From positions 13,005 through 77,004 of the forward strand of contig JAQXZA010000137.1 of NCBI GenBank assembly GCA_029226955.1: 64,000 bases of DNA. Reading direction: 5' to 3'. A program made the position numbers and the translations under genes. The notes under the pieces are model-generated. The model was not told the origin of the DNA. It saw only the letters and a program-made list of their open reading frames with translations, and did no database searches. The stretch comes from Clostridia bacterium. GTDB lineage: Bacteria; Bacillota; Clostridia; Oscillospirales; Acutalibacteraceae. Below are positions 9,379-17,490 of this stretch, in pieces (within the stretch, counting starts at the first letter, position 1; every line of letters starts with the position of its first letter).

Positions 9379-9477
9379 ATGAAATTTGTTGTAGTTGACA
9401 ATCCTAAATTCTGGGGCTTTTTTCTGAGGAGAATATTCAGAATAAAGAAACACGCACAGCAGGATATGGCTGTATGA
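9379..9477 (+). CDS. spoVM: Stage V sporulation protein M-like peptide (32 aa), not in the ORF track
   Basis: ORF read by hand: MKFVVVDNPKFWGFFLRRIFRIKKHAQQDMAV. AGGGGG SD 7 nt upstream and an intrinsic terminator 25 nt downstream. Resembles B. subtilis SpoVM (MKFYTIKLPKFLGGIVRAMLGSFRKD, recalled from memory). Occupies the same position after thiN as in B. subtilis. Confidence 0.7.
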   Translation: MKFVVVDNPKFWGFFLRRIFRIKKHAQQDMAV

Positions 9478-9501
9478 TTTTTGGCTGAACAAAACATACA
9501 G

Positions 9502-9528
9502 GGCGGCAGCAAACGCTGTCGCCTTTTT
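9502..9528 (+). terminator. Rho-independent terminator after spoVM
   Basis: Stem ggcggcagc / gctgtcgcc (one G-U pair), loop aaac, followed by TTTTT. Confidence 0.8.
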
Positions 9529-9614
9529 GTATTTTTGGTAAATATATATATTTTTTTGCACTTTATTTTATAAAAATTTGCCCAAAGTTTTTATTTTGCT
9601 TTTAAGATGAATTA

Positions 9615-9623
9615 TGTTATAAT
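9615..9623 (+). promoter_or_regulatory. Extended -10 element (TGTTATAAT) upstream of the PAP2 gene
   Basis: TGnTATAAT read at 9615-9623, 44 nt before ATG 9667. The -35 is poor. The same 13-mer attatgttataat recurs at 38781-38793. Confidence 0.35.
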
Positions 9624-9666
9624 AAATAATATATGAACAGTTTTTTACTTACTGAAAGGAGAAACT

Positions 9667-10209
9667 ATGCTGGCTCGTATTCAGGCGTGGGATGAAAATA
9701 TTTTAAGACGCCTTCTGAAAAAACATACTCCAAAACTAAATAAATTTATGATTTTAATATCGCAAGTCGCAAATCACGGAATTATCTGGTTTATTTTTTC
9801 CGTTCCGTTTCTGCTTATGAATAAATGGCGGCTTACAGGCTTTACTATACTTCTTGCAATGGCTTTTGCATATCTCGGCGGAGAAATAACTATCAAGAAT
9901 TTAGTAGGTCGTGTCCGTCCTTGCAAAAAGGAATTTGAAAAAGACCTTCTTATCAAAAATCCGCCGGAATATTCTTTTCCGTCAGGACATACCGCATCAT
10001 CTTTTGCCGTATCGACGGTAATTTCGTTTATGTGTCCTATGCTGATTGTTCCGGTGCTGATACTTTCGTGCCTTATTGCATTTTCAAGAATGTATCTGCT
10101 TGTACATTATCCGACAGATGTTCTTGCGGGAATGTTGTTCGGTATTATCTGTGGAATTGCTGCTGTTCCTGTTGCAAATTCTATTCAGTTTTTTAAATTT
10201 CAGCTTTGA
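9667..10209 (+). CDS. PAP2-family membrane phosphatase (undecaprenyl-diphosphatase / PgpB-like)
   Basis: PAP2 motifs KNLVGRVRP, PSGHT and SRMYLLVHYPTDV, with multiple TM helices. AGGAGA SD. Confidence 0.85.
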   Translation: MLARIQAWDENILRRLLKKHTPKLNKFMILISQVANHGIIWFIFSVPFLLMNKWRLTGFTILLAMAFAYLGGEITIKNLVGRVRPCKKEFEKDLLIKNPPEYSFPSGHTASSFAVSTVISFMCPMLIVPVLILSCLIAFSRMYLLVHYPTDVLAGMLFGIICGIAAVPVANSIQFFKFQL

Positions 10210-10237
10210 CAAATATTAAATCATAACATACTTATTG

Positions 10238-10271
10238 CACAGCCGATTGAATTTTATCGGCTGTGTTTTTT
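10238..10271 (+). terminator. Rho-independent terminator after the PAP2 gene
   Basis: 10-bp stem cacagccgat / atcggctgtg, 8-nt loop, then TTTTTT. Confidence 0.85.
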
Positions 10272-10286
10272 ATGCGAAAATATAAA

Positions 10287-10326
10287 TTTACACCGACTTT
10301 ACAAAACAGCGGTTACCGATTTTACA
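10287..10326 (+). promoter_or_regulatory. Candidate Pho boxes (PhoP/PhoB-type direct repeats) upstream of pstS
   Basis: TTTACA at 10287, 10298 and 10321. The first pair is spaced 11 bp apart: TTTACAccgacTTTACA. A TATTAT -10-like hexamer follows at 10333-10338. Matches the B. subtilis PhoP box TT(A/T/C)ACA-N5 repeat, recalled from memory. Confidence 0.5.
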
Positions 10327-10389
10327 CAGCAATATTATTATATGAACTGTTCAAGGAAAAACATTTAAAAACCAAAGGAGAAATCACTT

Positions 10390-11340
10390 ATGAAAAAGAT
10401 TTTTACAGCACTTCTTATTGCGGCTCTTGCAGCAGCAACATTCACAGGTTGCAGCAGTAACAACTCAAATTCAAATTCATCAGCACCGTCAACAAGCTCA
10501 ACAGCTTCAACAGCAAGCGACGCTTCAACAAACTCAACAGAATCAGCAGGTTCTCAGGACAAAATCACAGGTACAGTAAACGTTGTAACAAGAGAACAGG
10601 GTTCAGGTACAAGAGATGCTTTCACAGAACTTACAGGTGTTCTTGAAAAGGGCAGTGACGGTTCAAAGACAGATAAAACATTTTCAGGTGCAGTAACACT
10701 CAATGGTACACAGGCAGTTATGAGTAACGTTTCCGGCGACAAGGCTGCAATCGGATATATTTCACTCGGTTCAGTCAACGATACGGTTAAGGCTGTTAAG
10801 ATTGAAGGTGTTGCACCGTCAACAGCAACAGTAAAAGACGGAACATACAAACTCCAGCGTCCTTTTAACATTGTTACAAAATCAGGACTCAGCGAAGTTG
10901 CTCAGGATTTCGTTAACTACATTATGAGTGCTGACGGTCAGAAGGTTATTGAAGACAACAAATATGTATCGATTGACTCAAATGCAAAGGCATACGAAGG
11001 AAAGAAACCAAGCGGCACAATCACAATCGACGGTTCAACATCAGTAGGACCTGTTATGGAAAAACTCAAAGAGGCTTATGCCGCTGTAAACCCGAATGCA
11101 ACAATTCAGTTCCAGACATCAGACTCATCAACAGGTATCTCATCTGCAATCAACGGAAGTGTTGACATCGGTATGTCATCAAGAGATCTTAAAGATACAG
11201 AAACAGGCGTTACAGCTACAAAAATTGCTCTTGACGGTATCGCAGTAATCGTAAACAAAGAAAACACAACAGATGATCTTACAATCGAACAGATTAAGAA
11301 AATCTACACAGGCGAAGTTACAGACTGGGGCAACATTTAA
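10390..11340 (+). CDS. pstS: Phosphate ABC transporter substrate-binding lipoprotein PstS; domain order appears circularly permuted
   Basis: Lipobox FTGC, then a Ser/Thr/Asn-rich linker. The SGTR-containing segment (VVTREQGSGTRDAF...AIGYISLG...GVAP) precedes the GSTS segment (IDGSTSVGP...DIGMSSRDLKD...DGIAVIVN...IYTGEVTDW). Confidence 0.88.
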   Translation: MKKIFTALLIAALAAATFTGCSSNNSNSNSSAPSTSSTASTASDASTNSTESAGSQDKITGTVNVVTREQGSGTRDAFTELTGVLEKGSDGSKTDKTFSGAVTLNGTQAVMSNVSGDKAAIGYISLGSVNDTVKAVKIEGVAPSTATVKDGTYKLQRPFNIVTKSGLSEVAQDFVNYIMSADGQKVIEDNKYVSIDSNAKAYEGKKPSGTITIDGSTSVGPVMEKLKEAYAAVNPNATIQFQTSDSSTGISSAINGSVDIGMSSRDLKDTETGVTATKIALDGIAVIVNKENTTDDLTIEQIKKIYTGEVTDWGNI

Positions 11341-11369
11341 CAGTAAAATAAAGACTTGATTAACGGCGG

Positions 11370-11393
11370 AGGCACACTGCAACAGGTGTGCCT
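11370..11393 (+). other. Stem-loop without a U-tract between pstS and pstC (possible mRNA-stabilising or processing hairpin)
   Basis: 8-bp stem aggcacac / gtgtgcct with loop tgcaacag. No T-run follows. Confidence 0.4.
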
Positions 11394-11449
11394 ATGCTTG
11401 TATAATATGAAAAATCAGCTTTAATGTGTTTGAAAGGATTGATTAAATA

Positions 11450-12313
11450 ATGAAGAAGGTTACGGAAGTAGGAATGAAGGTGCTGTTCTTCATTTGTGCT
11501 TTGATGTCTGTAATCGCAGTAGCACTTATATGTATATTCCTGTTTGCAAACGGAGTGCCTGCAATGGCGAAAATAGGACTTTTTGACTTTCTCTGTGGTA
11601 CAAACTGGGCACCGGCAAATGTTCCGGCAAGTTACGGAATTTTGCCTATGATTGTCGGAAGTCTTTATGTAACGGCAGGTGCGTTGATAATAGGCGTTCC
11701 GATAGGACTGTTTACAGCAGTATTTATGGCACACTATTGTCCAAAGCCTCTTTATAAGATTCTTAAACCCGCAATTCAGCTTCTTGCCGGAATACCGTCG
11801 GTAGTTTACGGATTTTTCGGACTTGTTGTTTTAGTACCGTTTGTACGCAATAACTTCGGCGGAACAGGCAGCAGTATTCTTACAGCCTCAATCATACTCG
11901 GAATAATGATACTTCCTACAATAATAGAAGTTACGGAATCATCACTTCGTGCAGTTCCGCACAGCTACTATGAAGGAGCAGTAGGTCTTGGTGCAAGCCA
12001 CGAAAGAGCAGTATTTGCAACTGTTCTTCCGGCAGCAAAGTCAGGTGTAACAGCCGGTATTGTACTTGGTATCGGTCGTGCAATCGGTGAAACAATGGCA
12101 GTTCAGCTTATAGTCGGCAACCAGACAGTAATTCCGAACAGCATACTCGACGGTGTTCGTACCCTTACAACAAATATCGTTATGGAAATGGGTTATTCAA
12201 CAGGTCTGCACCGTGAGGCACTTATAGCAACAGCGGTTGTACTTTTTGTATTCATACTTCTTATCAATCTCTGTTGTTCCGCACTCAAAAACAAAAGCAA
12301 TGCAAAAGCATAA
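11450..12313 (+). CDS. pstC: Phosphate ABC transporter permease PstC
   Basis: Polytopic permease with an EAA-type loop (EGAVGLGASHERAVFATVLPAAKSG). Position in the pst operon fits. Confidence 0.93.
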   Translation: MKKVTEVGMKVLFFICALMSVIAVALICIFLFANGVPAMAKIGLFDFLCGTNWAPANVPASYGILPMIVGSLYVTAGALIIGVPIGLFTAVFMAHYCPKPLYKILKPAIQLLAGIPSVVYGFFGLVVLVPFVRNNFGGTGSSILTASIILGIMILPTIIEVTESSLRAVPHSYYEGAVGLGASHERAVFATVLPAAKSGVTAGIVLGIGRAIGETMAVQLIVGNQTVIPNSILDGVRTLTTNIVMEMGYSTGLHREALIATAVVLFVFILLINLCCSALKNKSNAKA

Positions 12314-12325
12314 GAGGTGAGAATT

Positions 12326-13264
12326 ATGGAAATAAATACATCTGTACCAAAAGTTCCGTCGGAAGCCGAAAAGGAATTTGACGCATCATCAATTCAGGGA
12401 ATAAACACAATGACTTTCAGAAAAAGGCTTAAACTCTATAAAAACAAGCCTGGTTCACTTATTCTCCTGATACTCGTAATGCTTGCAACGATTATCACAG
12501 TATCGGCATTGATATTCATTATCGGCTATATTCTCATAAACGGAATACCGCATCTTACCCCCGAATTTTTCTCGTGGGATTATAACTCTGAAAACCTGTC
12601 CTGTGTTCCAGCATTGCTGAATACAATTATGCTGACGCTTATCGGACTTGTTATTGCAGTACCGCTCGGAATATTCTCGGCAATATATCTTGTTGAGTAT
12701 GCGAAAAAAGGCAACAAGTTAGTAAAAGTAATACGTATGACAGCCGAAACACTTTCAGGTGTACCATCAATCGTATATGGTCTTTTCGGTATGCTGTGCT
12801 TTAACTATGCACTCGGCTGGGGATATTCTTTAATTGCGGGTGCTTTTACGGTTGCAATTATGATACTTCCGCTCATTATGCGTACAACAGAGGAGGCACT
12901 TCTCACTGTTCCGGACAGTTTCCGTGAGGGCAGTTTCGGACTCGGTGCCGGCAAACTCAGAACTGTATTCAGAATTGTTCTTCCTTCGGCTGTTCCGGGT
13001 ATTCTTTCGGGTGTAATTCTTGCAATCGGCAGAATTGTCGGTGAAACAGCAGCCCTTCTTTATACATCAGGTTCAAGTGCAGAGCTTGCAAAAGGTATTG
13101 CAGACCCGGGCAGAACGCTTGCACTTCATATGTATGTACTTTCAAACGAGGGACTTCATACAGACCAGGCTTATGCAACGGCGGTTGTTCTTCTTATACT
13201 TGTACTTGCAATCAACACACTTTCTGCCGTAATTGCAAAGAAGGTTGCCAAAGGCAATCAATAA
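12326..13264 (+). CDS. pstA: Phosphate ABC transporter permease PstA
   Basis: EAA loop EGSFGLGAGKLRTVFRIVLPSAVPG. ATG 12326 lies 8 nt after the SD AAGAGG. The track start at GTG 12317 overlaps the SD. Confidence 0.92.
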   Translation: MEINTSVPKVPSEAEKEFDASSIQGINTMTFRKRLKLYKNKPGSLILLILVMLATIITVSALIFIIGYILINGIPHLTPEFFSWDYNSENLSCVPALLNTIMLTLIGLVIAVPLGIFSAIYLVEYAKKGNKLVKVIRMTAETLSGVPSIVYGLFGMLCFNYALGWGYSLIAGAFTVAIMILPLIMRTTEEALLTVPDSFREGSFGLGAGKLRTVFRIVLPSAVPGILSGVILAIGRIVGETAALLYTSGSSAELAKGIADPGRTLALHMYVLSNEGLHTDQAYATAVVLLILVLAINTLSAVIAKKVAKGNQ

Positions 13265-13349
13265 ATAATGCGTAATTATTGTGCGAAACATCAGTTTTAT
13301 ATCCGCATATCAAGATTAACTGAGTTATTAACGAAAGGAACAGAATTTT

Positions 13350-14174
13350 ATGTCAGAGAAAAGTACTGCTGCTATAAAGACACAAAAGGATAAAATAGAT
13401 AAAAAAGCCATCAAGTCGGTAAATCCCGATAAATTCTTAATCGAAAAGGCAAACCTCTACTACGGCAATTTTCACGCACTCAAAGATATAAACCTTGCAC
13501 TTCCGTCAAACGAAATTACAGCATTTATCGGGCCGAGCGGTTGCGGTAAATCAACACTTCTTAAATCACTCAACAGAATGAATGACCTTGTTGAAGGCTG
13601 TAAGATTACGGGAACATTTCTCCTTGACGGCGAGGATATTTACGGCGATATGGACGTAAACCTTCTCAGAAAAAGAGTAGGTATGGTATTCCAGAAACCT
13701 AACCCGTTCCCGATGAGCGTTTATGATAATATTGCTTATGGCCCACGTACACACGGAGTACATTCAAAGATTAAACTTGACGAAATTGTCGAAAAATCTC
13801 TCAGACAGGCTGCAATATGGGACGAAGTAAAAGACCGTCTTAAAAAATCCGCACTTGGTCTTTCAGGCGGACAGCAGCAGCGTCTTTGTATCGCAAGAGC
13901 TATTGCCGTACAGCCTGATGTAATTCTTATGGACGAACCGACAAGTGCCCTTGACCCGATTTCAACTTCTAAAATAGAAGACCTTGCATTAGAACTCAAA
14001 AAGGATTATACTATAATTATGGTAACCCATAATATGCAACAGGCTTTACGTATATCCGACAGAACGGCGTTTTTCTTACTCGGTGAAGTTGTCGAATACG
14101 GCGAAACCGAACAGATTTTCTCTATGCCAAAGGAAAAACGCACGGAAGACTACATCACAGGTCGTTTCGGCTGA
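13350..14174 (+). CDS. pstB: Phosphate ABC transporter ATP-binding protein PstB
   Basis: Walker [10 protein letters not shown], signature LSGGQQQR, Walker B ILMDEP, and PstB-typical [16 protein letters not shown]. Confidence 0.96.
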   Translation: MSEKSTAAIKTQKDKIDKKAIKSVNPDKFLIEKANLYYGNFHALKDINLALPSNEITAFIGPSGCGKSTLLKSLNRMNDLVEGCKITGTFLLDGEDIYGDMDVNLLRKRVGMVFQKPNPFPMSVYDNIAYGPRTHGVHSKIKLDEIVEKSLRQAAIWDEVKDRLKKSALGLSGGQQQRLCIARAIAVQPDVILMDEPTSALDPISTSKIEDLALELKKDYTIIMVTHNMQQALRISDRTAFFLLGEVVEYGETEQIFSMPKEKRTEDYITGRFG

Positions 14175-14210
14175 TTTATCGGATTTATATTTGAGGGAGG
14201 CTTATATATT

Positions 14211-14861
14211 ATGAGAAACCGTTTTGATTCACAGCTTGAAAATCTTAACAACTCGCTTATTGAAATGGGCGGACTTGTTGAACAGGCAATAAGCAACGCA
14301 TATTCGGCTCTTATCAGTCAGGACGCAAAGCAAGCAGAAAAAAATATCAAGTTTGATGTTGTTATCAACGAAAAAGAACGTGAAATTGAAGGTCTTTGTA
14401 TGAAACTTCTTTTGCAACAGCAGCCTGTTGCAAAAGACTTGCGACTTATCTCGGCAGTTCTGAAAATGATAACAGACCTTGAAAGAATAGGAGATCACGC
14501 TCAGGATATTTCTGAAATTGTTCTCTTCCTTTCATCACAGCAATACATCAAAAAACTTGAACATATTTCGAGAATGGCTCAGATTACCGCAAAAATGGTA
14601 ACCGACAGCATTGACGCTTTTGTAAAGCGTGACATAATGCTTGCACAAAGAGTATGCGATACAGACGATACCGTTGACGACCTTTTTGTTACGGTAAAGA
14701 ACGAACTTATTTCACTGATTAACGAGAATGTCAAGAACGGCGAGCAGGCTATGGATTTTCTTATGGTTGCAAAATATTTTGAAAGAATAGGCGACCACGC
14801 TGTCAATGTCGGTGAATGGGTTATCTTTTCAATTACAGGAAAGCACAAGGAGTTTGATTAA
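14211..14861 (+). CDS. phoU: Phosphate signalling complex protein PhoU
   Basis: Two PhoU repeats with ERIGDHA motifs (DLERIGDHAQD and FERIGDHAVN). Confidence 0.94.
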   Translation: MRNRFDSQLENLNNSLIEMGGLVEQAISNAYSALISQDAKQAEKNIKFDVVINEKEREIEGLCMKLLLQQQPVAKDLRLISAVLKMITDLERIGDHAQDISEIVLFLSSQQYIKKLEHISRMAQITAKMVTDSIDAFVKRDIMLAQRVCDTDDTVDDLFVTVKNELISLINENVKNGEQAMDFLMVAKYFERIGDHAVNVGEWVIFSITGKHKEFD

Positions 14862-14863
14862 AT

Positions 14864-15532
14864 TTGCTTATTTATATAGCCGAAGACGACGAAAACATAA
14901 GAGAAATTGAATGTTATGCACTCAAAAACAGCGGATATGAAACTGAGGGATTTTGTGACGGTGCGGAGCTTATGGACGCACTTTCACAGAATATTCCCGA
15001 CCTTGTCATACTTGACATAATGATGCCCGGTGAGGACGGACTCTCCATTCTGAAAAAAATCAGAAATTCAGACAACCTCAAAAATATTCCGGTAATGATG
15101 ATTACGGCAAAAACAACGGAAATGGATAAGGTAAAGGGTCTTGATACCGGTGCGGACGATTATATCACAAAACCATTCGGAGTTATGGAATTTGTTTCAA
15201 GGGTTCGTGCCTTGCTGAGAAGAACCTCACGACAGGAGAGCGAAAACACTCTTGAATACAAAAACATTAAAATTGACGATAAAAAACACAGAGTAACGGT
15301 TGATAATGCCGAGTGTGTTCTTACCTTTAAGGAATATGAACTTTTGAAACTTCTTCTTTCAAATCAGGGAATAGTCCTCAGCCGTGAAAAGATTATGAAC
15401 AAGGTGTGGGGTTTTGAGTATGAGGGCGAAAGCCGTACCGTTGATATGCACATAAAAACCCTGCGTCAGAAGTTGGGCGACAGCGGTTCGGAAATAAAGA
15501 CAATTCGTAATGTCGGATATAAAATAGGCTGA
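14864..15532 (+). CDS. phoP: OmpR-family response regulator (PhoP/PhoB-like)
   Basis: Receiver domain (DLVILDIMMPGEDG, phospho-acceptor Asp context) plus a winged-helix domain (TVDMHIKTLRQKL...IRNVGYK). TTG start. Adjacent to phoU and phoR. Confidence 0.88.
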   Translation: MLIYIAEDDENIREIECYALKNSGYETEGFCDGAELMDALSQNIPDLVILDIMMPGEDGLSILKKIRNSDNLKNIPVMMITAKTTEMDKVKGLDTGADDYITKPFGVMEFVSRVRALLRRTSRQESENTLEYKNIKIDDKKHRVTVDNAECVLTFKEYELLKLLLSNQGIVLSREKIMNKVWGFEYEGESRTVDMHIKTLRQKLGDSGSEIKTIRNVGYKIG

Positions 15533-15544
15533 TTTTCTTTAAAG

Positions 15545-15582
15545 ACGGGTGGACGCAGTAAAAATTGTGTCCGCCCGTTTTT
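15545..15582 (+). terminator. Intrinsic terminator between the response regulator and histidine kinase genes
   Basis: 10-bp GC-rich stem acgggtggac / gtccgcccgt (one G-U pair), 14-nt loop, then TTTTT. Confidence 0.75.
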
Positions 15583-15584
15583 AG

Positions 15585-15612
15585 TTAGGAATTAGGAGTT
15601 AGGAGTTAGGAA
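15585..15612 (+). repeat. Four tandem heptamers TTAGGAR (SD-like AGGAG x3) immediately upstream of phoR
   Basis: Read directly: ttaggaa ttaggag ttaggag ttaggaa. Lies within a 50-nt C-free tract (15579-15628) that includes the phoR start codon. Confidence 0.85.
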
Positions 15613-15618
15613 TTATTG

Positions 15619-17322
15619 ATGTTGAGGACAATAAGTCATAGGGAGGAATCTTTTTTGGAAAATAAAGTAAATACTCATATGTTTGTAATGGGTGTGTTTT
15701 CAATTATAATAACAATAATTTTTTCGGTAATGGCATTTTATACAGCGTTTGAAAATCAGGTCACTTTTGACCTGTCCGAACGCACAGATGAAATAGCGAC
15801 AACATATGAATATTTGCATAACAAAGATGAATTGCAGAAATTTTCTAATGATAAACTCCGTATAACACTCATACAATCCGACGGAACAGTTCTGTTTGAA
15901 AGCAGCAGTAATGATACCGATAAAATGGAAAATCATCTTGAACGACCTGAGGTTCAGGAGGCATTAAAAAACGGCAAGGGAACATCAAACCGCTATTCCG
16001 AAACAATGAATACTGATGTTTTTTATTGTGCAAAAAAACTTGCCGACGGAAATATTATAAGACTGTCACAGACAACCAACATAATGTACTCCTTTTTCTC
16101 AAATGTAATTCCTTATCTTGTACTTCTTATGATAATTATGCTCGCAGTTTCGATATTTCTCTCGGTTATTCTTACCAAAAAACTTGTCAAACCTATTAAC
16201 AGAATAGCGTCCGAACTTGAAAATATTGATGAAGACACAGAAAACGACGAAAAAATCTATGACGAGTTATTGCCGTTTATCAGCGAAATAAGGCACAGAA
16301 AAGAGGAAATACGTGAACGTCTTAAACTTGAAAGACAGGAAAAAAACAAACTCAGTGCGGTTCTTACAAATATGTCTGACGGTATGATACTTGTTGACCA
16401 AAACAAAAACATTATGCTGTCAAGCCATAAGGCAGAACAAATACTCGGTTTTGATGATGATTATACAGGGAAAAACATAATATATGCTTCACGCAGAAAA
16501 GAACTTACCGACAGCATAAACGAGGCAATAAACGGAAAAGCAAATTCGTCCGAGATGAAAATAAACGACAAAATTTATCAGATTCGTTCAAATCCTATTA
16601 TTATAAGCGGTGTTCAGTCGGCAACAATGTGCCTTATGATTGACGTTACGGAAAAATACCGTATGGAACAGATAAAACAGGAATTTACCGCAAACGTTTC
16701 CCACGAACTTAAAACACCGCTCACATCAATTTCGGGTTATGCTGAAATGATAGAATCGGGCATAGCACAAAATGACGATGTAAAGAATTTTGCGGGCAAA
16801 ATCCGCCTTGAATCCGAACGTATGATAACTCTTGTAAAGGATATTATCAGACTTTCAGAGCTTGACGAATCAGATGTCCGTGCAGAATTTGAGGAAATTT
16901 CACTTCTCGGAACGGCACAGGAGGCAGTAAAGCCGCTTTACGATTCAGCGGAAAAAAAGAACATATCTCTTACAGTAAGCGGTACTGACAGCAGAATTAC
17001 TGCTAACAGATATATGATAAACGAACTTATATACAATCTTTGTGATAATTCAATAAGATACAATAAGCCAAACGGAAAAGTATCAGTAAAAATTTCAGAC
17101 AAGACGGTTACAGTTTCGGATACAGGTATCGGTATTCCTGAGGAATGTCAGAAAAGAATTTTTGAACGCTTTTACCGTGTTGATAAAAGCCGTTCAAAGC
17201 AGACGGGCGGCACAGGACTTGGACTTGCAATAGTTAAACATATAGCAATACAGCACAATGCTGAGATAAAAGTCGAAAGCGAACTTGACAAGGGAACTTC
17301 AATATCAGTGATTTTTAAATAA
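15619..17322 (+). CDS. phoR: Phosphate-sensing histidine kinase PhoR-like (TM, PAS, HisKA, HATPase_c)
   Basis: H-box VSHELKTPLTSISGY, N-box NLCDNSIRYN, G-boxes DTGIGIP and GGTGLGLAIVK. Start is ambiguous among TTG 15616, ATG 15619 and ATG 15679. Confidence 0.88.
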   Translation: MLRTISHREESFLENKVNTHMFVMGVFSIIITIIFSVMAFYTAFENQVTFDLSERTDEIATTYEYLHNKDELQKFSNDKLRITLIQSDGTVLFESSSNDTDKMENHLERPEVQEALKNGKGTSNRYSETMNTDVFYCAKKLADGNIIRLSQTTNIMYSFFSNVIPYLVLLMIIMLAVSIFLSVILTKKLVKPINRIASELENIDEDTENDEKIYDELLPFISEIRHRKEEIRERLKLERQEKNKLSAVLTNMSDGMILVDQNKNIMLSSHKAEQILGFDDDYTGKNIIYASRRKELTDSINEAINGKANSSEMKINDKIYQIRSNPIIISGVQSATMCLMIDVTEKYRMEQIKQEFTANVSHELKTPLTSISGYAEMIESGIAQNDDVKNFAGKIRLESERMITLVKDIIRLSELDESDVRAEFEEISLLGTAQEAVKPLYDSAEKKNISLTVSGTDSRITANRYMINELIYNLCDNSIRYNKPNGKVSVKISDKTVTVSDTGIGIPEECQKRIFERFYRVDKSRSKQTGGTGLGLAIVKHIAIQHNAEIKVESELDKGTSISVIFK

Positions 17323-17331
17323 GAATTTTTT

Positions 17332-17367
17332 ATCTTCCCCGCAATATGCAGGGAAGATATATTTTTT
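17332..17367 (+). terminator. Rho-independent terminator after phoR
   Basis: Stem atcttccc / gggaagat, followed by atatttttt. Confidence 0.75.
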
Positions 17368-17490
17368 GTTAAACAAGAAGAAATTGTTTTTACAAAAATG
17401 TAACATCTTAAAATATGAAAATGCCTTGATATTATTTCTGTTATGGAGTAAAATGAATAATTGTAAAAAGAAAATTAAAGGAGTAATATA

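Noticed and set aside
9190-9561. 123-aa minus-strand ORF in the thiN-PAP2 spacer
   Set aside because: The translation looks random and has no SD. It runs through a plus-strand terminator and through the plus-strand spoVM-like ORF, which has an SD, a terminator and conserved synteny.
10263-10460. 65-aa plus-strand ORF overlapping the pstS 5' end
   Set aside because: It spans the terminator T-tract, the Pho-box promoter region and the pstS SD and start. It is out of frame with pstS and has no SD.
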